From an uncultured Holophagales bacterium (GTDB taxonomy: Bacteria; Acidobacteriota; Thermoanaerobaculia; Multivoradales; UBA5704), in assembly GCA_963842525.1 (NCBI GenBank), contig CAWJGT010000003.1, positions 1,472,001-1,536,000 on the forward strand: a stretch of DNA of 64,000 nt, in the 5' to 3' direction. Below, in pieces: positions 9,284 through 32,191 of this stretch; within the stretch, counting starts at the first letter, position 1, and each line of letters opens with the position of its first letter. Below the pieces are notes generated by a model. That model saw only the letters and a program-made list of their open reading frames with translations, searched no databases and was not told the origin of the DNA. Made by a program: the position numbers and the translations under genes.

Positions 9284-10050
9284 ATGCCTCCCTTCACCAG
9301 GAGGTCCAACAGCCGCTCAAAAAGCCGGGTCGCTGCGAAGGCGTCCTCCTTCTGGAGAGCTGCCGTCGGATCGCTCAGCCGCCGGGCGAAGGCCTCCAGG
9401 CCCGCGATGATCTCGGCGGCTTCCGCCGTGCCGCGCCAGATCAGGAATCGCTGCGGGACGTCCTTGAGGTCGATCTGCCACCCGCCCCGATCCCCCATCA
9501 GAGCGGTGGACATCAACCGGCGTGCCTCCTCGAGGATTTCGATGACAAGCTCCCGATACGCCTTCTGAACGAGCCGTTGCAAGTAGTGGATCCTGAAGTA
9601 GTGGCGGCAACCGCGTAAGTGCTCCAGCAGGAAGAGTCTCGGCTGTGCCGGGAGAGGCACTTCCGGGCGGCAGTCCCGGCCATGAAGCAGGACGCTGCGG
9701 TACTTGACGCAGTACGCGAGATGGGGCTGGTCGTCGAGATATGGCGGGGAGGAGGAGCCGGGGAGAGCCAGGAAGAAGAGATCCCGCCACCGCAGGCAAT
9801 GGATGGCCGCAACGGTGGGCAGAGCCCGATAGATCCGAGCGAGGAGATCAGGATACGACTCCACCCGGTTGCGCGCGACCACGACGACTCCGTGGGCCGT
9901 GAGGGGATGCTCATAATAGACGAGGCTCTCCAGATCCTCTCTCGCCTGGCCCACGAGGCTCAGCGCGCTCCTGGCGATATGAGAAGGGACCGCAATCGCG
10001 CTCGCCAGGGGCCGATCTTTCGTGGAATGGCCCATGAGGTTTGAAGTCAC
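9280..10050 (-). CDS. Hypothetical protein, probable degenerate nucleotidyltransferase-fold paralog
   Basis: 256-aa ORF coupled to the downstream gene by a 4-bp overlap. It shares SVLLHGRDCRP (compare SRLLLGEDLRP) and a helical C-terminal half, but lacks the GS and DxD motifs. Confidence 0.6.
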   Translation of the reverse strand: MTSNLMGHSTKDRPLASAIAVPSHIARSALSLVGQAREDLESLVYYEHPLTAHGVVVVARNRVESYPDLLARIYRALPTVAAIHCLRWRDLFFLALPGSSSPPYLDDQPHLAYCVKYRSVLLHGRDCRPEVPLPAQPRLFLLEHLRGCRHYFRIHYLQRLVQKAYRELVIEILEEARRLMSTALMGDRGGWQIDLKDVPQRFLIWRGTAEAAEIIAGLEAFARRLSDPTAALQKEDAFAATRLFERLLDLLVKGGI

Positions 10051-10080
10051 GCTCTTTTCCCTTTCTCCAACAAAGGTACA

Positions 10081-23130
<13,050 letters not shown>

Positions 23131-23134
<4 letters not shown>

Positions 23135-26100
23135 GACGCCTGCTGCTCACTGGCCAGGAGCACGAGGATCTCTTCCTCCGACAGCTGGTCGAGCTCGGTC
23201 AGCAGAGCGGCCACCTCCCCGGCGTCGGCCCGCTCGACCTGGAGCTTGCCGATGGTTCTGGCGAGGTTGCCCACATTGGGAGCTTCCTCGAACAACGCCG
23301 ACAACGGCACGTCCACGGCGAAGACCTCGCGCACCCGCGACAGGACCTGGACGGCCAGGAGCGAGTGCCCGCCGAGATCGAAGAAGTGGTCGTGGACTCC
23401 CACCCGGTCGACGCCCAGCAGCTCGCGCCAGATTTCGGCCAGCTCCTCTTCGGTCGTGGTCCGCGGCGCCACATAGCCGCTCGCAAGTCCGGGGCGGATC
23501 TCACGGCCGGCGCGGAGAGCCGCCAGGATCTGCGCCGGCGTGGCGAGCTCGCGGGCGATGCGGCGCATCCGGGCCGAGGACAAGGGGGGATGGGTGTCCC
23601 GCGCCGTCTTGTCCGCGGCCTCCGGCCGCGCGGTGTCGAGCTCCGGCCGGTGGACGGCCGCGGCAGCGATCCCGGCCGGCAGGGCGAAGAGCCACCCCTC
23701 TCCCGCCGGCTGGCGGAACGCCGCGCCGGCCTGGGTCAGGAAGTCGAGGACGGGCTGGTTTTTGCGCGTGGGTTGGTAGGGGATCTCGACCCGGGCCAGG
23801 CCGCGCTCGCGGGCGATGGCGCCCAACTGCGCCAGGAGCCGGTGCTCGACCCCGCGTCCCAGGGCACGGCAGCTCAGGAGCAGCGTCTCGACCGCGAGCG
23901 CTCCTGCCGCGGCCCGCCAGAAGACGGCTCCCACCAAGCCGTAGTCGCCGAACCGGTCGCGGACCTCCACCAGGAGGCACTCGTGGCCGCCCGGCCCGCA
24001 AAGGTCGCGGACCTCCTCCACGCTGCGCCGGATCGTCGTCGCGTTGAACTGGTTCGTCCGCTGCGTCAGTTGGGCCACGCGCGGCAGCCGCTCCGGCGTC
24101 AGCGCGGGGAAGCTCACCGCCAGCTCCAGACCGGCGAGGAAGTCGGCCAGCGTCGGCGCCGCGCCGCGCAGCCGCTCGCGCAGCCGCTCCTGCCGGTAGA
24201 GGAGAGTCCGCTCGCGGTCCTCGGCCGTGGTCGTGGTCTCGAGGGCGTCGAAGGCCCAGATCTGCGCGAGGAGCCCGGGGATCTCCGCCGGATCTGCGGG
24301 GAGCTGGAGAACCAGCGCCTCGGGGCAGCCCGCCTGCATCTCGGCGCAGACCACCGGGTCGTCGTCCAGCACGACGAAGCTGTCGAGGCCCAGGCGGAGC
24401 TCGGCGGCCAACGAGCGCAGATTCTCCGCCTTCGACATCCAGTTGATGCGTTCGGCCGTGATGTGCTCGCGGCGCAGCGGCATGTCGGCCCGCCGGGCGA
24501 AGACCTCGGCCACGTCCTCTTCGTTGTTGCGGCTGCACAGGCAGAGGAGGATGCCGCGGTCGTGCAGGGCCACGGCGAATTCCTGGAGGGCGCGGCGCGG
24601 AGGATCGATCGCGATGCCCAGCGGGCCGTCCTCGCCGCAGACCCCTGTCCACAGCGTCTGGTCGCAGTCGAGGACCAGGACCTTGGCGGACGGGCTTTGC
24701 AGGCGCACCAGGCGGCGGATGATCAGCGTGCCCAGCGCGGCGAACAGCTCCGCGGTGTAGGGGATGTGCCCCAGCTCCTCGCCATGGGGATCGTGCCAGG
24801 CGGCGACCGGGTAGAGGGCCGCGAGCTCGTCCGAGGTGACCAGATGGATACCGGCGCAGCCCGCGAGGTCCGCGGCCAGCTCCTTTTCGGTCCGCCGGAA
24901 CAGAGCGGCGCGACGGTGATCGGCGCGGGCCGCCGGTGAAACCGGGGTGATGCAGACCAGGCAGGGGACGCGCAGGCGGCCCGCCGCCGCCCGCAGAGCG
25001 CCGGACAGCTCGCCGGCCGTCCGGGCGAGCCGCTCCTCCTCGGTGCCTTCCCCGCTGCCGGCCGGGGTGTCTTCCGGGGTGCGCAGCCAGTCCTCGCAGC
25101 GGACCAGGGCCACGTTCATCCCGGAGGCGTTGCGGGCGAAGAGGCTTCCGGGATCGAGGAGCTGCTGGAAGAGCTGGCCGTACGGAGCGAAACGGACCCG
25201 GAGGGGCAGCTCCAGCTCCCTCCCCCAGAACGCGAGGACATCCGTGACAGGCTCGGCGGTGAAGGTGGCGGCCACCGCGATCGTCGGCCTTGCCGGGTAG
25301 ACCGGGCGGACGCGTGCCGTGAGGTCTGGATGGAGGGGGAGATGCGACAGCGGGGCGTCGGGGTCCCCGGCGCAACTCCGCGCCAGGTCGATCAGGGACT
25401 CGACCCAGCGGTCCATCGTCTCCGCTGCGAAGAGGCCGGTGTCATAACCCAGCACTCCTCGGAGGCTCTCTCCCTGCCGCAGGAACGTGAGGAACAGATC
25501 GAACTCCGTCGCTCCCTGGCCGAGCTCGGGCGGAGCGAAAGTCAGCCCGGCGGCGCGCAGCTCCCGCACCGGCCGGTCGAGCAGGCCGAGCATCACACGG
25601 AACAGGGGCGCCGCGTCGCCGGAGCCCGCGGGCCGCGACGGCCGCGTCGCGGCGACCACCTTCGCGAACGGCACGTCCTGGTGGGCGAAGGCATCGAGGG
25701 CCGTGCGCCGCACCCTCCCCACGAGCTGGCGGAAAGTCGGGTCCCCGGAAAGATCGGTGCGCAGGGCCAGCGGATAGGCGAAGAAGCCGACCACCGGCTC
25801 GAGCCCGGGCCGCGGCCGGCCCGCCACCGGGCAGCCGACGACCAGGTCGTCCTCCCCGGTCCAGCGATGGAGGAGCGCCAGGAAGACCGCGAGGAGGGTC
25901 ATGAACGGCGTGGCCCCGGCACTCCGGCCGATCTCGCGCAGCGCAGAGGAGAGCTCGGCGGGCAGGACGAACGACCGGTGCCCGCCCTGCCGTCTGGAGG
26001 GCGCGGCCCCGCCCGGCCGCGGAAAATCCAGCGGCAGCTCCAGGTCGCCGGCTCCCGCGAGCTGCGTCGTCCAGGAGTCGAGGTGCGGTGCCAGGCTCTC

Positions 26101-28843
26101 CGGCCGCATCCAGCCCCGCTGCCAGGCCGCGAAGTCCGCAAACCGGACCGTCGGCCCGGGGGGCGGTGCGGGCGCTCCCGCTGCGAGCGCACCGTAGATC
26201 ATGGCCAGATCCTCCACACAGAGGACCAGCGAGCCCAGGTCGCACACGGCGTGATGAACGGTCAGGAGCAGGCGGTGCTCCTGAGCGTCCAGGCGCAACA
26301 GCCGCGCCCGCAGGAGAGGGCCGCGGGGAGGCTCGAACGGCCGGAACGCCTCCTCCGCGGCCAGGCGCTCCGCCCGGGCCCGCCGTTGCGGCGCGGGAAG
26401 GCCGGTGAGATCCACCACGGGGAGCGCGAGAGCGGGGAGCGCCAGAGTAAGATTCGGAGCGATCCGCTGCACCGGCCGGCCCTGTTCCACCGCGAACGTG
26501 GTGCGCAAGCTGGCGTGGCGCCGCACCAGCTCGCGAAGGCTGCGCTCCAGGCATTCCAGGTCGAGAGGCCCGGCGAGAGGCACCACGGCGGGGATCTGGA
26601 GGGCCGGATCGCCGGGGGCGAGCTGATCGAGAAACCAGAGGCGCTCCTGCTCGAACGAGACGGGGAACGCGGTGTTCTCAGGGGAGCTCAGGGAGCGCGG
26701 GAGCCGGGGTCACCGGCGGGACGCCTGGTGGCGGCGAGCGGGTGCCGATCCGCTCGAGCATCCGGGCTGCCAGGTCCTCGGGAGTCCCGTCCGCCAGGAG
26801 CTCGGCGACCTCCAGGGAGGCTCCCAGAGCGGTTTCGAGCTCGTTGCGGATCTCGACGGCCATCAACGAGTCGAGGCCCAACCCGGCCAGGGGGCGGTCG
26901 GCCGCCACGCGGGATGGAGAGACACGCAAGGCCCGGGCAGCGCAGTCGCGCAGGAAACCGGTGAGCACCGGTGCGCGGTCCTCGGGCGCCAGAGAGAGCA
27001 GGGCGTCGCGGCTCAGCGGAGCAGCGGCGAGCGCGGCCTCGTCCGCTTCGTCCGCCTCGTCTGCCGGAAGCCGGCTGCGCCCCACCTCGCTCAGCTCGCC
27101 CGCCCGCCAGGCGGCCCGGCAGGCCCGGCGACGGACCTTGCCGCTGGACGTCCTGGGCAGCGTCTCGGGACGGATCAGGACGACCTCGGCTACGGCGGCC
27201 TCGTGCTCCTCGGCCACCGCGGAGCGCACGGCTGCGGCGATCTCCTCCACTGTGGCGCTGGCGTGACGCCGCACCTCGTGCACCACGATGAGCCGCTCGG
27301 TGTCTTCCGGGGCCTCCGGCGTCTCCGGGGTCTCCGGGTCGTCTGCGTTCACGCCGAAGGCGGCGCCGCCTCCAGGCAGCAGGTCGGGATGGCTGGCCTC
27401 GGCCGTCCGCTCGATGTCCTGGGGATGCAGGTTGCGCCCGCGCAGGATGATGAGGTCCTTGAGGCGGCCGGTGATCAGGAGCCCGCCGTCCGCCAGAAAG
27501 CCGAGATCGCCGGTGCGCAGGAAGGGACCCTCTCCCCCGGCCAGACGGGCGCCGAACGTTGCGGCGGTCTCCTCGGGACGGCCCCAATACCCCTGTGCCA
27601 CGCTCGGCCCGGCGATCCAGATCTCGCCCTCGCGGTCCGCGGCCAGGGGCTCGCCCGGCGTTCCCATCGATGGGTCGACGATCACCACCCGCTGCCCGCC
27701 GAGCGGCCGGCCGCAGCCGACGAGCCGCCGCGCCGGCTCATCGCCAACCGGCACCTCGATCCGCCCCGCCGCCAGCGCCGCAGCGCCGAACCGGCCCACG
27801 ACCGGCAGCCGGTCCGGATCGCCGCCCGAGACCATCAGTGTCGCCTCGGCCAGGCCGTAGCAGGGATAGGCGGACGCCGCGCGGAATCCGCAGCGCGCAA
27901 ACGCCGCGGCGAAGCGCTCGAGCGTCGCGGCGTGCACCGGCTCGGCGCCATTGAAGGCGACGCGCCACGACGACAGATCGAGCCCCGAGAGATCCGCCCC
28001 GGCGGCCTTGCGCACACAGAGGTCATAGGCGAAGCTCGGGCCGCCGCTGGTGGTCGCGCGGTAGCGGGAGACCGCCTCCAACCAACGCAGCGGGCGCTGC
28101 AGGAACGCGACCGGCGCCATGAGCACGCAGGAGGCACCCGTCCAGGCCGCCTGCAACACCTGACCGATCAGGCCGAGGTCGTGATAGAGGGGGAGCCAGG
28201 AGACGAACACGGAGTCGTGGGAGTGGCCGCAGGCCTCCTGAATCAGGTTCTGGTTGTGCACCAGGTTGCCGTGGCTGACCATGACCCCTTTCGGGGCGGA
28301 CGTCGAGCCCGAGGTGTACTGCAGGAACGCCAGATCGTCGCGGCCCGTCCCGGGATCTAGCCACGCGCGCAGGGGGGAAAGGTCGTCTGCGGCCAACCAG
28401 GGGAGCGGTCCCGTGGCAAGATCCGTTGCGAGCCCATTGCGCAGGCGAGGGAGCCATGTGGACGCGGTGACGGCAACGGCGGGCCGGCAGTCCTCGACGA
28501 GGCCGCGCAGGCGGGGGAACGCTCGCGCCGAACGCGGCGGATAGGCCGGCACAGCCACGATCCCCGCGTACAGACAGCCGAAGAAAGCCGCGACGAAATC
28601 GAGGCCGGGCGGAAAGAGCAGCAGGGCCCGGTCCCCGGGTGCGCAGGAAACCTGGAGAGCGGCGGCGATCGTCCTGGCCCGCCGGTCGAGATCGCTCCAC
28701 GTCAGGTGCTCGGCTTCGGTTGCGCCGTCTTGCAGGAAGGTGAAGGCCTGGCGCTCAGGGTGGCAGCGGGCCCGCTCGCGGAGCGCCTCGTCGACGGTCT
28801 GGAATCCTGGAGCTGATACGGCGATGATTTCCCCTTTTCTCAA
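23131..28843 (-). CDS. Lipo-initiation enzyme FAAL-ACP-C-FkbH-ACP (fatty acyl-glycerate forming); frameshift at about 26682
   Basis: Joined from ORF pieces 26678..28843 and 23131..26586. FAAL: YTSGST, SWLPLYHDLGLIG, NGAEP, YGLAEATL, GRNLHPQDIE, PRTSSGK. ACP: GLDSL. Removing one base from GGGG at 26681-26684 restores PENTAFPVSFEQERLWFL. C: HHAVCD. FkbH: VLDCDQTLW, RTNQFN, DRFGDYG, LSCRALGR. ACP: GGHSL. The stop overlaps the next ATG (ATGA). Confidence 0.92.
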
Positions 28844-28999
28844 CAGCGGAGCTCACAGTAGCGCACTGCGGCCTTTCAGAATGTCTAGTGCACAAAGGGG
28901 AAGATGTGGGACAACTCGGCACCTAAACGCAGGATCCGCCTCGGTCACCCCGGCGCCCCCTGCGGCTGCCACCTCCGAGGCGGGGGCTTGCTGCGAGCC

Positions 29000-30016
29000 C
29001 TACTTTTGGGGAACAGGAAAGAGCACATACCGACTGACCTCGGGGCCATCTTCCACCAGCAGGAGATGCGGCGTCTTGCCGATGAAAACTCGGGCCACGG
29101 CCTCTGCATTGGCGAAGGTTGCCGTCTCCTGAGGCAGCTCTCTCGGCTGCGGGGTGCCGCCGTCAGGGAGAAACCAGAGAAACCACTTGGCTTGAACCAT
29201 GCCGTCCGGGGGATCCGGAGAAAGCCCCGCCAGGATCCAAAGGCCGTGCACTTCGGGGTCATAGAACATCCCTCGGATTCCGCTTCCTTTCAGATTCAGA
29301 GACGCCTTGACCTCAGCCTTCAAGGGATTCGCGCTCGGGTCCTTGACCTCCAGCACGATGGCATCCTCGTTCGAGTCGGGCTTCCGACTCTTACCGAAGG
29401 TCTCTGTCGGCGAGCGCAGCCCCAGCAGCAGGTGCCCCTCCTGGTTCCAGGCCGCTCCTTCGATGTTGAAGCCGGACTGGGCCGATGTGCGTTTCGTCGC
29501 CTCCTGGAGCTTGGAGGGCACCATCAGATCGAGCACAGGGGCTTTGTCCACCGTGACACCGTCGGCTCCGATAGCCAGGCGGACGATCGCGTATCGCTCG
29601 GGCTTCTCGTCCCGGCCTTTGCCCGTGCGATTGACGCTGTGGGAGGTAACGAGGAAAACGTTCGACTGCCGGTCCCAGGCCACGTCCTCCAAGTCATCCA
29701 GCCCCCGGGGCTTGCCGTCGATGCCCTTGAGCTTTCCATTCATCGCCAACGATTGGAAATCGGTTTTCTTCACTGTTCCGGTCTTCAGTCGCTCCGTGGC
29801 CTGCTGCAGCAGCAAGACCGACTCGCCCTCATCGGCGACGACGAGAAGACGGTCGCCTGGCAGGAACGCCGTGCCCGAGACCTCGGGGACCTGGATCTCC
29901 CCGACAATGACTTTGCTCGGGGCCACAACAGGACCCTGTGCGGCGCTGTTGTGCATACAGCATACGAGCGACAAGGAGACTGCTGCTCCTGTCCGCAAGG
30001 GAATCTGCCATCTCAT
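29000..30016 (-). CDS. Secreted beta-propeller-like protein (DUF3616-like)
   Basis: AGGAGG RBS, ATG and N-terminal signal peptide. Repeated blade motifs EVSG...VVADE, DLEDVAWD...TSHS, GFNIEGAAW...LLLGLRSP, GIRGM and NAEAV. Confidence 0.7.
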   Translation of the reverse strand: MRWQIPLRTGAAVSLSLVCCMHNSAAQGPVVAPSKVIVGEIQVPEVSGTAFLPGDRLLVVADEGESVLLLQQATERLKTGTVKKTDFQSLAMNGKLKGIDGKPRGLDDLEDVAWDRQSNVFLVTSHSVNRTGKGRDEKPERYAIVRLAIGADGVTVDKAPVLDLMVPSKLQEATKRTSAQSGFNIEGAAWNQEGHLLLGLRSPTETFGKSRKPDSNEDAIVLEVKDPSANPLKAEVKASLNLKGSGIRGMFYDPEVHGLWILAGLSPDPPDGMVQAKWFLWFLPDGGTPQPRELPQETATFANAEAVARVFIGKTPHLLLVEDGPEVSRYVLFPVPQK

Positions 30017-30082
30017 GATCGAAACCTCCTGGTATTGAGACGGACGGAGGAGCGCTTTTCGTTGAGGACGCGCGGGCAGAGC

Positions 30083-30364
30083 CTAGCCTGGGCCGTCCTT
30101 CATCGGAGTCTGGCCGGGATTGTCCACGTGTTGTGCACGCGCAAGTACAGCGAAATCGGCGAGGAGCTCGCGGCCGCCAGCCGTGAGCAGGCGGCGCGCG
30201 CCGCCCGCGCCGAGACCATGCGTGCGCGAGCGGAGCTCGAAGCTCTGCGGAGTCAGCTCAATCCCCGCTTCATCCTCAACACCTTCCATGCGCTGATCGG
30301 CCTGGTGCGCAACACTGGCGACGAGCGCCTGCTGGTCCTCGCCACCCTGGCGCCCTCGCCTTGA
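30083..30364 (+). pseudogene. Relic of a LytS/YehU-type sensor histidine kinase fused to a cupin-like C-terminal fragment
   Basis: RAELEALRSQLNPRFILNTFHAL matches the His_kinase signature (AQLNPHFLFNTL) with His>Arg. It runs abruptly into VRNTGDERLLVLATLAP*, which resembles a cupin end. There is no ATPase domain. Confidence 0.6.
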
Positions 30365-30382
30365 GGGCGGCGCCCCGCTGCG

Positions 30383-30672
30383 CGGACCGTGGTCCCTCAT
30401 GTGCGGAGCGCAGTCCCGGTGACACGGACCGTGGTCCCCGCGCCACGCCCGAGGTCCGTGTGACCCGGAGCGCGCTCCCAGTCACGCGGAGCGCGCTCCC
30501 AGCCACTGGGACTGTGCTCCCTGTTGCGCGGGCTGTGGTCCCAGTGACACGGACCTCGAGCCGTGCGCCATACCGGTGGTCCCAGCGACGCGGACCGTGG
30601 TCCGCCTGACGCGGCTCGAAGTCCGCATGTGGGGACGGAGAATCCAGCCGCGGGGACGCGCGGTCGGGCAAG
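30383..30672. repeat. Degenerate tandem array with about 21-bp period (about 13 units)
   Basis: Units include CGGACCGTGGTCCCTCATGTG (30383), CGGACCGTGGTCCCCGCGCCA (30425), CGGAGCGCGCTCCCAGTCACG (30466), CGGAGCGCGCTCCCAGCCACT (30487) and CGGACCGTGGTCCGCCTGACG (30591). Confidence 0.8.
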
Positions 30673-30685
30673 GGGCTTCGCGAAG

Positions 30686-30742
30686 CTAGAGCTGCGCCGG
30701 TCCCAGCTCGTCGAAGAAGCTCCGGATATCCACCTCCAGCAC
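30686..30742 (-). pseudogene. Tiny relic of a group II intron-type reverse transcriptase (RT domain-3 motif)
   Basis: Translates as VLEVDIRSFFDELGPAQL*, close to the wVlEvDIrsFFDxldH consensus. It is bounded by in-frame stops at 30755-30757 and 30686-30688. Confidence 0.5.
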
Positions 30743-30811
30743 ACCGTTGGGTCGTTAGAACTCGTCGTTCTTCAACGCATTTCCTCGCAGCTTTGATCAT
30801 TACCAAGCGGC

Positions 30812-32179
30812 TCAGCCGACGGCGGTCGATGTCTCGGGCATCGCCTCGGCAAGAGGCGCGCCAACGCTGGCCAATTCAGGCCGCGGCGCATCCGCCAGCT
30901 CGGTCTCGACGTGCCGCAGCCGGGGGTTGAGGAACGAGACGCAGACGGCCAGGAGGATGAAGGCTCCCATCACCATGAAGAGGAAGCCGACGCCGCGCCC
31001 CTCCCCCACGCCGATGAGCCGGCCGACAGAGCCGGCGAGCGCGCCGCCCGGCGCGAGCATCGGCTCGAAGATCTTATCGGCGAGCGGCCCGGCGACGGCG
31101 AAGGCGAGGGGGAGCGACGCAGAGACGACAAGGCCGCGGATGGCGAAGACGCGGCCCTGGAGGTCGAGCGTCACCTTGCTCTGCCAGATCGCCTGGGTGG
31201 CGCTCCCGACGAACGGCCCGGTCATCATGAAGGCGAAGACGGCCCCCGCGACGAGCGGGATGCTGGGTTGCAGGCCGCCGAGGAAGAGGATCAGCGCCTG
31301 GACGACCATGGCGCCGAAGATCCCCCAGACGCGCTGCCGTGGCCCTCCCCAGACGGTGAGGAGCAGGCCGCCGAGCAGCAGGCCGGCGGCGCCGGCGGAA
31401 TTCACGGTGCCGAGCTGCTCGGGGGTGGCGAAGCTGAGGATCAGGGGCGTCAGCAGCGCCTGCACGATGCCGAGCGCGAAGCTGGCGATCCCGAACAGCA
31501 GGAGCAGGCTGAAGAGCCCGGGGCGCTCCCGGATGTAGCGCCAGCCGAGCAGGGAGTCGTGCCAAAACGGTTGGGTCCCGGTCCCGGAAGCGGGCGGCCG
31601 CGGGATGCGCACGATCAGCACGGACAGGGCGGCGATCAGGAAGGTGAAAAAGTCGATCAGGATCACGCCGTGGACGCCGATCTTGCCGATCAGGATGCCG
31701 GCGAGGAGCGGCGCCGCCATGCCGGTGATGGCCGCGGCGGTCTGCGACAGGCTGCTGGTGCGCACGAGCAGGTGGCGTGGCACCAGCGCGCTGGCCGAGG
31801 CGATGAAGGCCGGCCCCTGGACAACCGCAAAGGCGGTCATCACCGCGGCGACGATGTAGGCGTACCACGGCTGCATCCGCCCGGTGTACAGGGCCGCGAC
31901 CATGAGCAGCGTCGCGGCCGCGGAGCCCAGGTTGCACAGGAGCAGGACGCGGCGGCGGTCGAAGCGGTCGGCTATCGAGCCCGCGACCGGGGTGAGCACC
32001 AGGGCTGTGAGCGTGGCCGCGAGCATCATTCCCGAGAACTGGGTCACGGACCGGGTCTGCTGGAAGAGCCAGACCCCCAGCGAGAAGCTGCCGAGGCCGG
32101 TGCCCAGGTTGGATATCGTCTGCCCGGCCCAGATCGTGCCGTAGATCCGCAGCCCGTGCGATGCGCTCTTCCTTGCCAT
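30812..32179 (-). CDS. MFS efflux transporter (DHA3/macrolide-efflux-like)
   Basis: 455 aa with about 12 hydrophobic segments. Motifs IWAGQTISNLG, motif A GSIADRFDRRRVL, LQGRVFA and AGPLAD. AGGAG RBS immediately after the NRPS stop. Confidence 0.92.
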   Translation of the reverse strand: MARKSASHGLRIYGTIWAGQTISNLGTGLGSFSLGVWLFQQTRSVTQFSGMMLAATLTALVLTPVAGSIADRFDRRRVLLLCNLGSAAATLLMVAALYTGRMQPWYAYIVAAVMTAFAVVQGPAFIASASALVPRHLLVRTSSLSQTAAAITGMAAPLLAGILIGKIGVHGVILIDFFTFLIAALSVLIVRIPRPPASGTGTQPFWHDSLLGWRYIRERPGLFSLLLLFGIASFALGIVQALLTPLILSFATPEQLGTVNSAGAAGLLLGGLLLTVWGGPRQRVWGIFGAMVVQALILFLGGLQPSIPLVAGAVFAFMMTGPFVGSATQAIWQSKVTLDLQGRVFAIRGLVVSASLPLAFAVAGPLADKIFEPMLAPGGALAGSVGRLIGVGEGRGVGFLFMVMGAFILLAVCVSFLNPRLRHVETELADAPRPELASVGAPLAEAMPETSTAVG

Positions 32180-32191
32180 CTGCTCTCCTTC

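Noticed and set aside
28950-28992. GC-rich hairpin after the DUF3616-like gene as an intrinsic terminator
   Set aside because: The stem is imperfect and there is no U-tract, so it cannot be told from chance at this GC content.
28904-30080. 5' part of the 486-aa plus-strand ORF as an intact histidine kinase
   Set aside because: It is antisense to the DUF3616-like gene. Only the last 90 or so codons carry kinase- and cupin-like motifs.
30383-30672. Possible CRISPR array
   Set aside because: The period is only about 21 bp, the units are degenerate, there are no spacers of CRISPR length, and no cas genes are present.
30276-30806. 176-aa minus-strand ORF and other small ORFs across the repeat array
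   Set aside because: There is no convincing RBS or family motif, and the 20-bp units shift the repeat register between frames.
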